Of a stretch of 31,884 nucleotides of DNA, positions 8,585 to 16,215 are shown piece by piece. Each line of letters opens with the position of its first letter. Position 1 is the first letter of the stretch. The translations under genes were made by a program, and so were the position numbers. The DNA is from an uncultured Chloroflexia bacterium (GTDB lineage: Bacteria > Chloroflexota > Limnocylindria > Limnocylindrales > CSP1-4): contig CAVVYR010000020.1 of NCBI GenBank assembly GCA_963752475.1, positions 1-31,884 on the forward strand. The letters are read 5' to 3'. Under the pieces are notes generated by a model, which made no database searches, had not been told where the DNA came from, and worked only from the letters and a program-made list of their open reading frames with translations.

Positions 8585-9889
8585 CTACCGACCGCCGTTC
8601 CTCCGGCGGGACGGCCAGATGCTCCGTCCGGTAGCAGCACCGTGGCGCAGGTAGTGCACGAGCGGGTTCATCCCGGCTGCGGCGACGTCGCCATGCTGCA
8701 TCAGGTACATCGTCGTGCTGAACCGCGGACCCGGATCCCGACCTTCGCTGGCGCCGCTCATGAGGTAGTGGATCGCTGGATCGCGGGCCACCGCGACGAC
8801 GTCGGGGTACTGCTCTCGGTACCAGCGGGCGTCGAACAGCGGCGAGGCCGCGAGGAGACGGCGGTCCAGCACGGCGCGCGCCAGCATCACCGTCGCTGCC
8901 GGCAGCCTGAGCGGATTGCGCAGCAAGTGCCGGAACCGCGGGAACCGCGGTTGGGCCGCGACCGCGAGCGAACGCTTCGCACGCTCCGCGATGGCCGACT
9001 GGCGAGCGAGGCTGGAACGCAGCATGGCGACCGACTCCTGGAGCTCGACGACCTCCCGCTCGGCCTGCCGCCTGGCGTGTTCGGCGCCTTCGGCGCCCTG
9101 CCCGGCCTCCTCGGCCGCGCGTCGCCACTGATCACGCTCGATCGCAGCCCCGAGTCGCGCATAGAGACGCTGGATGCTGACCGCCTCCTCGGCATCGTCG
9201 GCGAGCTCGACGAGGGCCGAGATCGCCGACGACGGCGCCTCCCCCACCGCGACGACACCGAGCCCCTGACCATGCGGGAGCTCGAATGCGGCATAGGTCT
9301 GCTGGAGCTCTCGCATGAAGCGACCGGCGCTGAACTCGTCCTCGCGAGCGCTGGTGCCATGGAGGAGCAGCACGCCACTCGACGACAGCTTGGACGCCCA
9401 GCTCTCGAAGTCGTGCATGAGGTCGGCGTAGAAGCGTCGACCATCGAGGTGGAGCAGGTCGACCGAGCCATCCGGGATCGTTGCCGGTGGTTCGCCACCA
9501 GCATCGTGGAGGAGCGTGGAGAACGCGCTGAAGCGTCGATCGTGCAGCTCGGTGAAGGCGTGTCGTGCCGATACCTCGCGCTCCTCGAGCTCTCGCGCGA
9601 CGGCGCAGCAGCGTGTTCCCGTGGCGTGGCGTTGGACCGCCTGGCAGGCGGCCGCGTACGAGAAGCCGATCGCTGCCCCGACTTCGACGTAGGTGCGCGG
9701 CCGCTGCGCACCGATGAGCCAGAAGAGGAAGGGCGCATGGGGCTGCCAGGACGACGCCTCCCAGAACTCCGGCTCCCACAAGGCAGAGGCGTCGACGAGC
9801 CCTGACACCGCCAGCGACTCCGCGAGTGCCGAGATCGGGTCGGTCTGGTTACGGGATCCATCGATGGGGCGTTCACCGGGCGGAAGCAC
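8585..9889 (-). CDS. Class I SAM-methyltransferase-like (Methyltransf_24 type) domain, coiled coil and two C-terminal FD..WY...YPDV/HYL..G repeats; start uncertain
   Basis: W..HAPF.FWL...RPR..VE.G...GFSY...CQAV, DGS.DLLH.DG, HDFESW..KLS; heptad region; LFDARWYREQYPDV...DPAIHYLMSGASEGRDP then FST..YL..H.DV....NPLVHYLRHG. GTG 9889 lies 6 nt after CATACT; the ORF is open to 9988. Confidence 0.8.
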   Translation of the reverse strand: MLPPGERPIDGSRNQTDPISALAESLAVSGLVDASALWEPEFWEASSWQPHAPFLFWLIGAQRPRTYVEVGAAIGFSYAAACQAVQRHATGTRCCAVARELEEREVSARHAFTELHDRRFSAFSTLLHDAGGEPPATIPDGSVDLLHLDGRRFYADLMHDFESWASKLSSSGVLLLHGTSAREDEFSAGRFMRELQQTYAAFELPHGQGLGVVAVGEAPSSAISALVELADDAEEAVSIQRLYARLGAAIERDQWRRAAEEAGQGAEGAEHARRQAEREVVELQESVAMLRSSLARQSAIAERAKRSLAVAAQPRFPRFRHLLRNPLRLPAATVMLARAVLDRRLLAASPLFDARWYREQYPDVVAVARDPAIHYLMSGASEGRDPGPRFSTTMYLMQHGDVAAAGMNPLVHYLRHGAATGRSIWPSRRRNGGR

Positions 9890-10042
9890 CACCACAGTAT
9901 GGCCCGCGGCGACCCACTCGACCCGGACGAGCAAGGCGTCCGGCAAGCGATGGTGCAGTCGCGGTCCTGCTAGCCTCGAGCGAGCCAAGCTTCAACGACA
10001 GGCCCCACCGATGACCGCTCGACGACGGCGAACCAGCGCCGG

Positions 10043-10759
10043 ATGAGGATCCTCTGCTACGTCAACCACTATTACGGTGAGCCCATCGCCTTCAGCGGGC
10101 GATCGACCGATAGTGACGCCGAGGGCCGGCACCGTGCGGTCAGCGCGTGTCTCGAGGGCCTTCGCCGGATCGAAGGTGCCGAGGTCCAGGTCTGCGGCAT
10201 CAGCGGACGATCGCTCGAGCCGGTTGACATCGACTTCCCCGGGCTGCGAAGCACCCCCAGCCTGCTCGTCTATGAGTCACTCGCGCACATGGCCGGACGC
10301 ATCCACGAGGGCTTCGACTACTTCATCAACATCGAGGACGACATCCTACTCCCAGCGGAGACGCTCGCGAACACGGTGGAGTTCGACCGCGAGAGCCTGC
10401 CCAACGAGGTCTTCCTGCCCAACCGCCTGGAGTACGACGAGGCCGGACAGCCGTACTGTCTCGATTGGCGAGCCATGCCGGGCTGGACGAACCAGCGACG
10501 ACGCTTCCGCGGCCGCGAGATCCGCGTGGCCCACAACCCGCACTCGGGTGTGCTCATCCTCTCGCCCGGGAAGTTCCGCTACGCGCTCAGGCATCTCGAC
10601 GCTGGCCACCGTGGTCGTTCCATCGGCGCCGAGATGGCCTCCGCCTACGCCTACTACCACAGCCCGTTCTGCCTCTATCGCTCCTACGACGACCTGTCCT
10701 TCCATAACGTGTTCCACCTGGACCAGTGGGCCGGCCCCAGGTCACCGTCGGTGGCATGA
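10043..10759 (+). CDS. Uncharacterised protein with GT-A-like EDD motif
   Basis: FDYFINIEDDILL, FLPNRLEY, NPHSG.LILS; strong GC3 codon bias; ATGA overlap with the next gene. Confidence 0.7.
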   Translation: MRILCYVNHYYGEPIAFSGRSTDSDAEGRHRAVSACLEGLRRIEGAEVQVCGISGRSLEPVDIDFPGLRSTPSLLVYESLAHMAGRIHEGFDYFINIEDDILLPAETLANTVEFDRESLPNEVFLPNRLEYDEAGQPYCLDWRAMPGWTNQRRRFRGREIRVAHNPHSGVLILSPGKFRYALRHLDAGHRGRSIGAEMASAYAYYHSPFCLYRSYDDLSFHNVFHLDQWAGPRSPSVA

Positions 10760-12612
10760 ACGTCTTCGTCCTGACCGCCGGCCGGACCGGGTCGACGACG
10801 TTCGCCCGGGCCTGCGAGCACATCACCAACTACACCGCCGGACACGAGACGCGCTGGGACGTGCTCGGTCCCGAGCGACTGACCTATCCGGACGACCACA
10901 TCGAGGTCGACAACCGCCTCAGCTGGCTCCTGGGCCGGCTCGATGCGGCCTACGGCGACGACGCCATGTACGTGCGCCTCGTGCGGAACGAGGCCGACGC
11001 CGCGGCCAGCCACGCCATGAGGATCGAACACGGAATCATGCGGGCCTACCGGGAAGCGATCATCTGGCAGGTCCCTGAGCACGTCGACCCGCACGATGTC
11101 GCGACCGACTACCTGGCCACCGTCGAGAGCAACATCGCGCTGTTCCTGCGGGACAAGCACCACGTCCTTCGCTTCCGTCTCGAAGAGGCGGCAACGGACT
11201 TCGAGCGCTTCTGGCGCTTCATCGGCGCCGAGGGTGACTACGAGGCTGCGGTCCGCGAGTTCGGGGTGCGCCACAACGCCTCCACGCGGGCCACCTCGGC
11301 GGCGGACACGCCACGGGTGTCGAAGGTGAACGCCAGCGAGCTGGCGACCAGGCCGGTCATCGAGGTGCCGGAGCCTGACCGCACGGACACCTCGCTCGAG
11401 TTCGCCTGCCTGATGCGCGAGCTTGCCCCGTGGGCGGACGGAGCGCCGGGTGGACCCGTCGTCGAGCGCCCGATCCGGTTCGGCTTCCGGACCCCGAACG
11501 CCCGGGTGCAGCATCACGAAGTCTGGGATGGTTTCTACCCGCTGTACTTCCTGACGCGCAATGGCGGACCCCTCTTCAACTCAGCCTACGATCAGGCACG
11601 CATCCGGTTCGGATTCCCGTTCCCCCGGCTCGTGCGCGACTACTTCGTCCAGCGGGCCGCTGACTTCGGGATCGACATCGAGGTCGAGGCGGAGCTGACC
11701 GAAGTGCGCCTCGACCGGCCGACGACGGGGCACGTGCTCGCCTTCGGGGGCGGCAAGGATAGCCGGCTCGTCCTGGGGACACTGCGCGAACTCGGGATCG
11801 AGCCGACGCTGGTCACGGCCCAGGATGGCCTCGTCGTCCCACCGCCGGGAGCTCTCGTCGTGGAGACGATCGACGGTGCCCTGGCCGATCGCCTCATGCC
11901 CGCCATCATGCAGCTCGGTCGCTTCCTGTACGTCGGGAACGGCCTGGGCGAGGTCCACCGGCGAGATCCGTGGCAGCAGTACTTCGACACGGGCGCGCTC
12001 GTGGCGCGCACGCAGCTCCGACAGCTGCTCGCGCAGCTGGGAGTGGACATGGAGATCGTCGCGCCCGTCTCGGTCCTGCCCCACAACATCATCCAGCGGA
12101 TCCTGCATGACCGCTACCCGGAGCTCTACGCCGGACAGACGAGCACGCACCCAACCGACCGCAACGACAAGAACCTGCGCGTCGCCCTCCTGCGGCTGTA
12201 TCACGGCCTCCCCCACTTGGACGCCATCGAGCCGGGTCTGTTCCCCCAGCTGTTGCGCGAGTTCGTCGCGCGACAGCTGGCCATGCCGCACGAGCACGGC
12301 TACCGCAACGGCAACGAGACCGTCGAGCTCGAGATGCGATCAATCATCTGGCGCACGCGCCACCACCCGGACCTGGCGGATGTCAGCGACGACATCCCCG
12401 CGAGGTGGGAGGGCCCGTGGATCGACTATGTCCATGACTACGTCGACCCGCAGCTCGACCGACGGTTCCTGGACCTCTATCGCCGATTCGCCCCATTGGC
12501 CAGCGAAGCTGATTTCAAGCGTACCGATCCGCCGGATCACCACGTAGCGAACCGCCATGAGCCGATCGGTGGAGGCCCGACCGGTCGATCGAGGCCACGG
12601 AGGCACGCCTGA
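10756..12612 (+). CDS. Two-domain protein: N-terminal sulfotransferase-like P-loop domain and C-terminal PP-loop (adenine nucleotide alpha-hydrolase-like) domain
   Basis: MNVFVLTAGRTGSTTF at the N-terminus (ATG 10756 overlaps the upstream stop); low-complexity linker after RHNAS; HVLAFGGGKDS with GGGKDS at 11746-11763. Confidence 0.75.
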   Translation: MNVFVLTAGRTGSTTFARACEHITNYTAGHETRWDVLGPERLTYPDDHIEVDNRLSWLLGRLDAAYGDDAMYVRLVRNEADAAASHAMRIEHGIMRAYREAIIWQVPEHVDPHDVATDYLATVESNIALFLRDKHHVLRFRLEEAATDFERFWRFIGAEGDYEAAVREFGVRHNASTRATSAADTPRVSKVNASELATRPVIEVPEPDRTDTSLEFACLMRELAPWADGAPGGPVVERPIRFGFRTPNARVQHHEVWDGFYPLYFLTRNGGPLFNSAYDQARIRFGFPFPRLVRDYFVQRAADFGIDIEVEAELTEVRLDRPTTGHVLAFGGGKDSRLVLGTLRELGIEPTLVTAQDGLVVPPPGALVVETIDGALADRLMPAIMQLGRFLYVGNGLGEVHRRDPWQQYFDTGALVARTQLRQLLAQLGVDMEIVAPVSVLPHNIIQRILHDRYPELYAGQTSTHPTDRNDKNLRVALLRLYHGLPHLDAIEPGLFPQLLREFVARQLAMPHEHGYRNGNETVELEMRSIIWRTRHHPDLADVSDDIPARWEGPWIDYVHDYVDPQLDRRFLDLYRRFAPLASEADFKRTDPPDHHVANRHEPIGGGPTGRSRPRRHA

Positions 12613-12654
12613 GGCTGTACCGTCCCTCCACCATCCGCGATCCGGAGACCCAGC

Positions 12655-13629
12655 TTGACCTTCGTCTCGTACGCTCAGAACTTCGAGGACGTGATGCTCC
12701 GCCGTGCGCTGGCGGACGTGCAACCAGGGTTCTACATCGATGTGGGAGCGCACGACCCGGTGGACGACTCCGTGACCAAGTCGTTCTATGACGCTGGCTG
12801 GCGCGGGATCAACATCGAGCCGGTCGAGCAGCGCATCGAAGCCCTGCGACGCGACCGACCAGAGGATCTCAACCTGCAGGTCGTCGCCGGAGACACGCCG
12901 GGTGTCGTGCGCTTCTACGAGGTCATCGGCACCGGATTGTCGACGACCGACGAGGAGACCGCCCGGCGCTACGAACAGGAGGGAACGCACGAAATCCGAG
13001 AGCTGACGGTGGCATCGCGTCCACTCACCGATATCTGTCGTGAACATGAGGTCGGAGACATTCACTTCCTGAAGATTGACGTGGAGGGATCGGAGCATGC
13101 GGTCCTGGCGGGCCTCGATCTCACCGTGTTCCGACCGTGGGTCATCGTAGTGGAGAGCACGCTCCCTCGGACGCAGACGGACAACTCCGACGCCTGGGCG
13201 CCGCTCGTCGAAGCTCACGAATACGAGGAGGTCTGGTTCGACGGACTGAACCGCTTCTACCTCGCGGCTGAGCACTCGACCCTGAAGGCGGCGTTCGCAG
13301 CACCACCGAACTTCTGGGATGACTTCGAGACGGCGCGAGAGCGTCGGGCCACCGAGCTCGAGGCAGAGTGCGCCGAGCTCCATCGACGCCTGACCCGTGC
13401 CCAGCACCACGTCGAGGACCATCTGCGGCGATGGGAGGCTGACGTCGCCAAGCTGCAGGCGTCGCTCCAAGGGGCGCAGGCGTCCCGTGAGGCATGGGAG
13501 AAGCGGGCGTTCGATGCCGAAGCCGAGCTGCAGGTGCTGATGCAGTCGTACTCCTGGCGAACGACGGCACCACTGCGGAGGGCAGGCTCGCTCGTGCGCA
13601 GGCTGGCACATCGGCCCAAGGAGGCGTGA
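12655..13629 (+). CDS. FkbM-family methyltransferase with coiled coil and SYSWRTTAPLR tail
   Basis: SYAQNFEDV.L.RAL, GFYIDVGA.DP..DSVT, GWRGINIEP, IHFLKIDVEG.E, FRPWVIVVE, FDGLNRFY; GGAG upstream of the TTG start. Confidence 0.92.
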   Translation: MTFVSYAQNFEDVMLRRALADVQPGFYIDVGAHDPVDDSVTKSFYDAGWRGINIEPVEQRIEALRRDRPEDLNLQVVAGDTPGVVRFYEVIGTGLSTTDEETARRYEQEGTHEIRELTVASRPLTDICREHEVGDIHFLKIDVEGSEHAVLAGLDLTVFRPWVIVVESTLPRTQTDNSDAWAPLVEAHEYEEVWFDGLNRFYLAAEHSTLKAAFAAPPNFWDDFETARERRATELEAECAELHRRLTRAQHHVEDHLRRWEADVAKLQASLQGAQASREAWEKRAFDAEAELQVLMQSYSWRTTAPLRRAGSLVRRLAHRPKEA

Positions 13630-13668
13630 CGGAGTTGGCAAGCCGGGCCGACGCGGGGTACTCGCCGA

Positions 13669-13677
13669 TGCTACGTT
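13669..13677 (+). promoter_or_regulatory. Putative extended -10 of a leaderless transcript (TGc-TACGTT-N7-ATG)
   Basis: TGC TACGTT GACGCGC ATG(13685). Confidence 0.55.
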
Positions 13678-13684
13678 GACGCGC

Positions 13685-15022
13685 ATGCCTCGCAGCCTTG
13701 ACCTCCGACCAGCGACACTGCTGACGAGCGTCGTTGTCATCGCACTCATCGGGGCCGGGTTCATGCTCGCACTCGAGACCGCTGGCTCGCCTCAGTGTTG
13801 TGACGCCAGCGCATACGCGGCAGCGGCGCATAGCTTCCTCGACGGTGAGCCTAGCCTCAACCCGGCACACAACTATGGATACCCCGCATTCCTTGCGCTC
13901 CTCGACCTCATCGGACTCGACACTCCACGCAGGATCGCCTTCGCGCAGACGTCGTTGCTGTACCTCACCGTGCTCATCACGGCCTATGTCATCGCCCGCT
14001 GCACGAGCTCGGCGTTTGCTGTCGCTGTTGCCTGGCTCGCAGCTGTCACGCTGGTGCCAGCCGCGGCCTGGGGCGGCTTGATCTTCAGCGAGAGCCTAGC
14101 CGTACCGATGCTGCTGTTGGTCCTGGCGTTCGGCATCGCGACAGTGTTCCACTTGCTTCGCGATGCGCCGACCTGGGGCCTGGCAGTGGGTCTGGCCGTT
14201 GGTCTGGGCCTCACCAGCGGCTTCGTCTGGATGGTCCGACCAGGCCTGATCTGGATACCGATCGGAGTGGGCTTGGGAGTGCTGGCCTTGAGCGCCGGCC
14301 TCCTCTGGCGACGCGAGCGTCTCGGCTTGCTCGTGCCGGTGGCATTCGCCGTTTCGGCCATGCTGACGGTCGTACCCCAGCTTCAGCTAGGGGACCCACT
14401 CAAACTCGAGCTCGCCGAACTCCAGCGGGACGCGGGCCCCCAGGTGTTCCGCTATGCCACCGACCTGAGAAGCGAAGCACCGGCCGGGATGATCTTCTCA
14501 CCCCTGCCTGTGGGATCGGGTGCCGACCCGACAGTGGCCGAGCGCACGTCGGGCAGTCGCTCATGGCGCCTGACGGCGATGGCGGCCCACGTTGTGACCG
14601 GCTGGGACGCCCGGCCTTCGCCCAATTATGTCTACAAGCGGACCGGTAATCGCTGGATCGTCGCGACTGCGTTCTCGGGCTTCCTCATCGCTGGCGCGCT
14701 GGCCGCGGCCTGGCTCGTATGGGAGCGCCGCCGACGGTGGCTCGAGCCCGAGACTGCAGCGCCTGCCGCCCTGGTCGTGATGTTTGCGGCGAGCCAAGGG
14801 GTGATGTCCATGACCTCGGCGGAGTTCCGCTTCAACATCGTCGGCTGGCTGGTCGCCGCCTGCTGTCTGGCGATGCTCAGCGCCCTGGGATGGTGGACGC
14901 GTCGCCGAGCAGCAGCCTACATCGCCCTCGCCCTCGGCTTCAGCGCAGCCGTCCTGCTGGTGGGCCACATGACCCTGCTCTACTCGGAGCGGTGGCTCGA
15001 ATACGTGAACCTCCTCGGCTAG
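13685..15022 (+). CDS. Polytopic membrane protein, GT-C-like glycosyltransferase (paralogue 2)
   Basis: Shares PQCCDA..Y, HNY.Y.AFLALL, PAAAW.G...SE.LAVP, WM.RP.L.WIP, FRY.TD, TGWDARPSP.Y, TAFSGF and EFR.N..GWLVAA with 4253-5593. Convergent with the GtrA gene. Confidence 0.72.
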   Translation: MPRSLDLRPATLLTSVVVIALIGAGFMLALETAGSPQCCDASAYAAAAHSFLDGEPSLNPAHNYGYPAFLALLDLIGLDTPRRIAFAQTSLLYLTVLITAYVIARCTSSAFAVAVAWLAAVTLVPAAAWGGLIFSESLAVPMLLLVLAFGIATVFHLLRDAPTWGLAVGLAVGLGLTSGFVWMVRPGLIWIPIGVGLGVLALSAGLLWRRERLGLLVPVAFAVSAMLTVVPQLQLGDPLKLELAELQRDAGPQVFRYATDLRSEAPAGMIFSPLPVGSGADPTVAERTSGSRSWRLTAMAAHVVTGWDARPSPNYVYKRTGNRWIVATAFSGFLIAGALAAAWLVWERRRRWLEPETAAPAALVVMFAASQGVMSMTSAEFRFNIVGWLVAACCLAMLSALGWWTRRRAAAYIALALGFSAAVLLVGHMTLLYSERWLEYVNLLG

Positions 15023-15047
15023 GATGCACCCCCGGCAGGGGACGGCG

Positions 15048-15452
15048 TCAGCGCTCGGAGTCGGCCGTCGGCTGCTGCCCCGAGAACAACAGGCGCGCCA
15101 ATAGGTACGTGAGCGGGATGGTCACGGCGATGGCGGCGAGCGAGGCGAGCGCCTCTGGCAGGCCGAGGACATCGACCCAGGCCGTCACGACCGCCAGGCC
15201 GACCCCGTACTGCACGACGTAGATGAGCGGGAACAAGGCAAGCGTACGCACGCTGGTCGTGGCCCGGAAGACGAAGGTGCTGTTGAGCACATAGGAGATG
15301 CCGATGCCGACGACGAAGACCACGCTGTAGGCCAGGGCGTAGGGCAGGATCTGCAGCAGCAGCAGGTAGAGGCCGAGCGTGATGAACGTGGTAGTCGCGC
15401 CGGCGATGAGGAAGCGGACGCCGGACCCGGTCAGGCGCGGGCCCCGGCTCAC
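15048..15452 (-). CDS. GtrA-family lipid-carrier-sugar flippase
   Basis: 134 aa, 4 TM; VRFLIAG..TT, SYVLN..FVF; GTG start overlaps the upstream stop. Confidence 0.9.
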   Translation of the reverse strand: MSRGPRLTGSGVRFLIAGATTTFITLGLYLLLLQILPYALAYSVVFVVGIGISYVLNSTFVFRATTSVRTLALFPLIYVVQYGVGLAVVTAWVDVLGLPEALASLAAIAVTIPLTYLLARLLFSGQQPTADSER

Positions 15453-16213
15453 CGGTCGCGCGCCTGCTGGACGAGCGAGACGAACTCCCCGTAGTCACGG
15501 ATGTAGTCAGCCGGATCGTAGGGATCGCTCGCCAGCACCAGCAGGACCGCGTCCGATGAGCACTTGTACTGGATCCCCCAGGTCATCGCCGGCAGATGCA
15601 GCCCGTATGACGGGCTGTCCAGCACGAACTCCTGTCGCATCTCACCGTCGTCGGCGACCACAGCCAGCTGGCCCTGCGCCGCCACTAGCAGCTGCTGGCA
15701 CTGGCGGTGGGCGTGAGCACCGCGGGTCTCGGTGGAGGGCACGTCGTAGACCAAGAAGAAACGGGCGGGCTGGAACGGGATATCGGCTCCGGCCTCGGCG
15801 GCCGAGAGGCTGCCGCGGATGTCAGCCACGGTCCGGAAGTGGTGGAAGGTCACGCCGCGCACGAGCGACTCACGCATGTGTGAATCGCCGGGGCGGACCA
15901 CCGGCGAGGCCTCCTCGGCGTGGCTGTCGAGGTAGCCGACGATGCGTGCCGGATTGCCCTCGACAAGGGCGAGCGGCGGGACCGAGGTGGTGACCACGGA
16001 GCCGGGGCCCACGTGTGACCGATGGCCGATCTCGGTACCCGGCAGGATCGTGGCGTTGGCACCGATGACGCAACCCGAATGCAGCGTCGTCTGAGCCTCG
16101 GCGTCGTCCGGTGTCGCGAGGACGGCGGCGTTGGGGCCGATGGAGACGTCTGCCTCGATGATCACGCCATCGGCGACATAGGCACCGGGCAGGAGGGTGG
16201 GGTCAGCGGCCAT
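15449..16213 (-). CDS. wxcM: WxcM-like protein: shortened hexapeptide-repeat acyltransferase domain fused to FdtA/QdtA-type 3,4-ketoisomerase cupin
   Basis: IGANATILPG.EIG....VG.GSVVT..VP....V.GNPARIVGY, then DIRGSLS, IPF.P.RFFLVYDVPS.E.RG.HAH..C.Q, ADDG, W..QY...SDAVLLVLAS.PYD..DYIRDY. Confidence 0.85.
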   Translation of the reverse strand: MAADPTLLPGAYVADGVIIEADVSIGPNAAVLATPDDAEAQTTLHSGCVIGANATILPGTEIGHRSHVGPGSVVTTSVPPLALVEGNPARIVGYLDSHAEEASPVVRPGDSHMRESLVRGVTFHHFRTVADIRGSLSAAEAGADIPFQPARFFLVYDVPSTETRGAHAHRQCQQLLVAAQGQLAVVADDGEMRQEFVLDSPSYGLHLPAMTWGIQYKCSSDAVLLVLASDPYDPADYIRDYGEFVSLVQQARDR

Positions 16214-16215
16214 GG

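Noticed and set aside
8642-9805. Long antisense or alternate-frame ORFs (also 12340-13764, 18461-19498, 25802-27082, 28008-29198)
   Set aside because: They overlap well-supported genes, have R/P/G/A-rich or shadow-like composition, and are expected from stop-codon scarcity at high GC.
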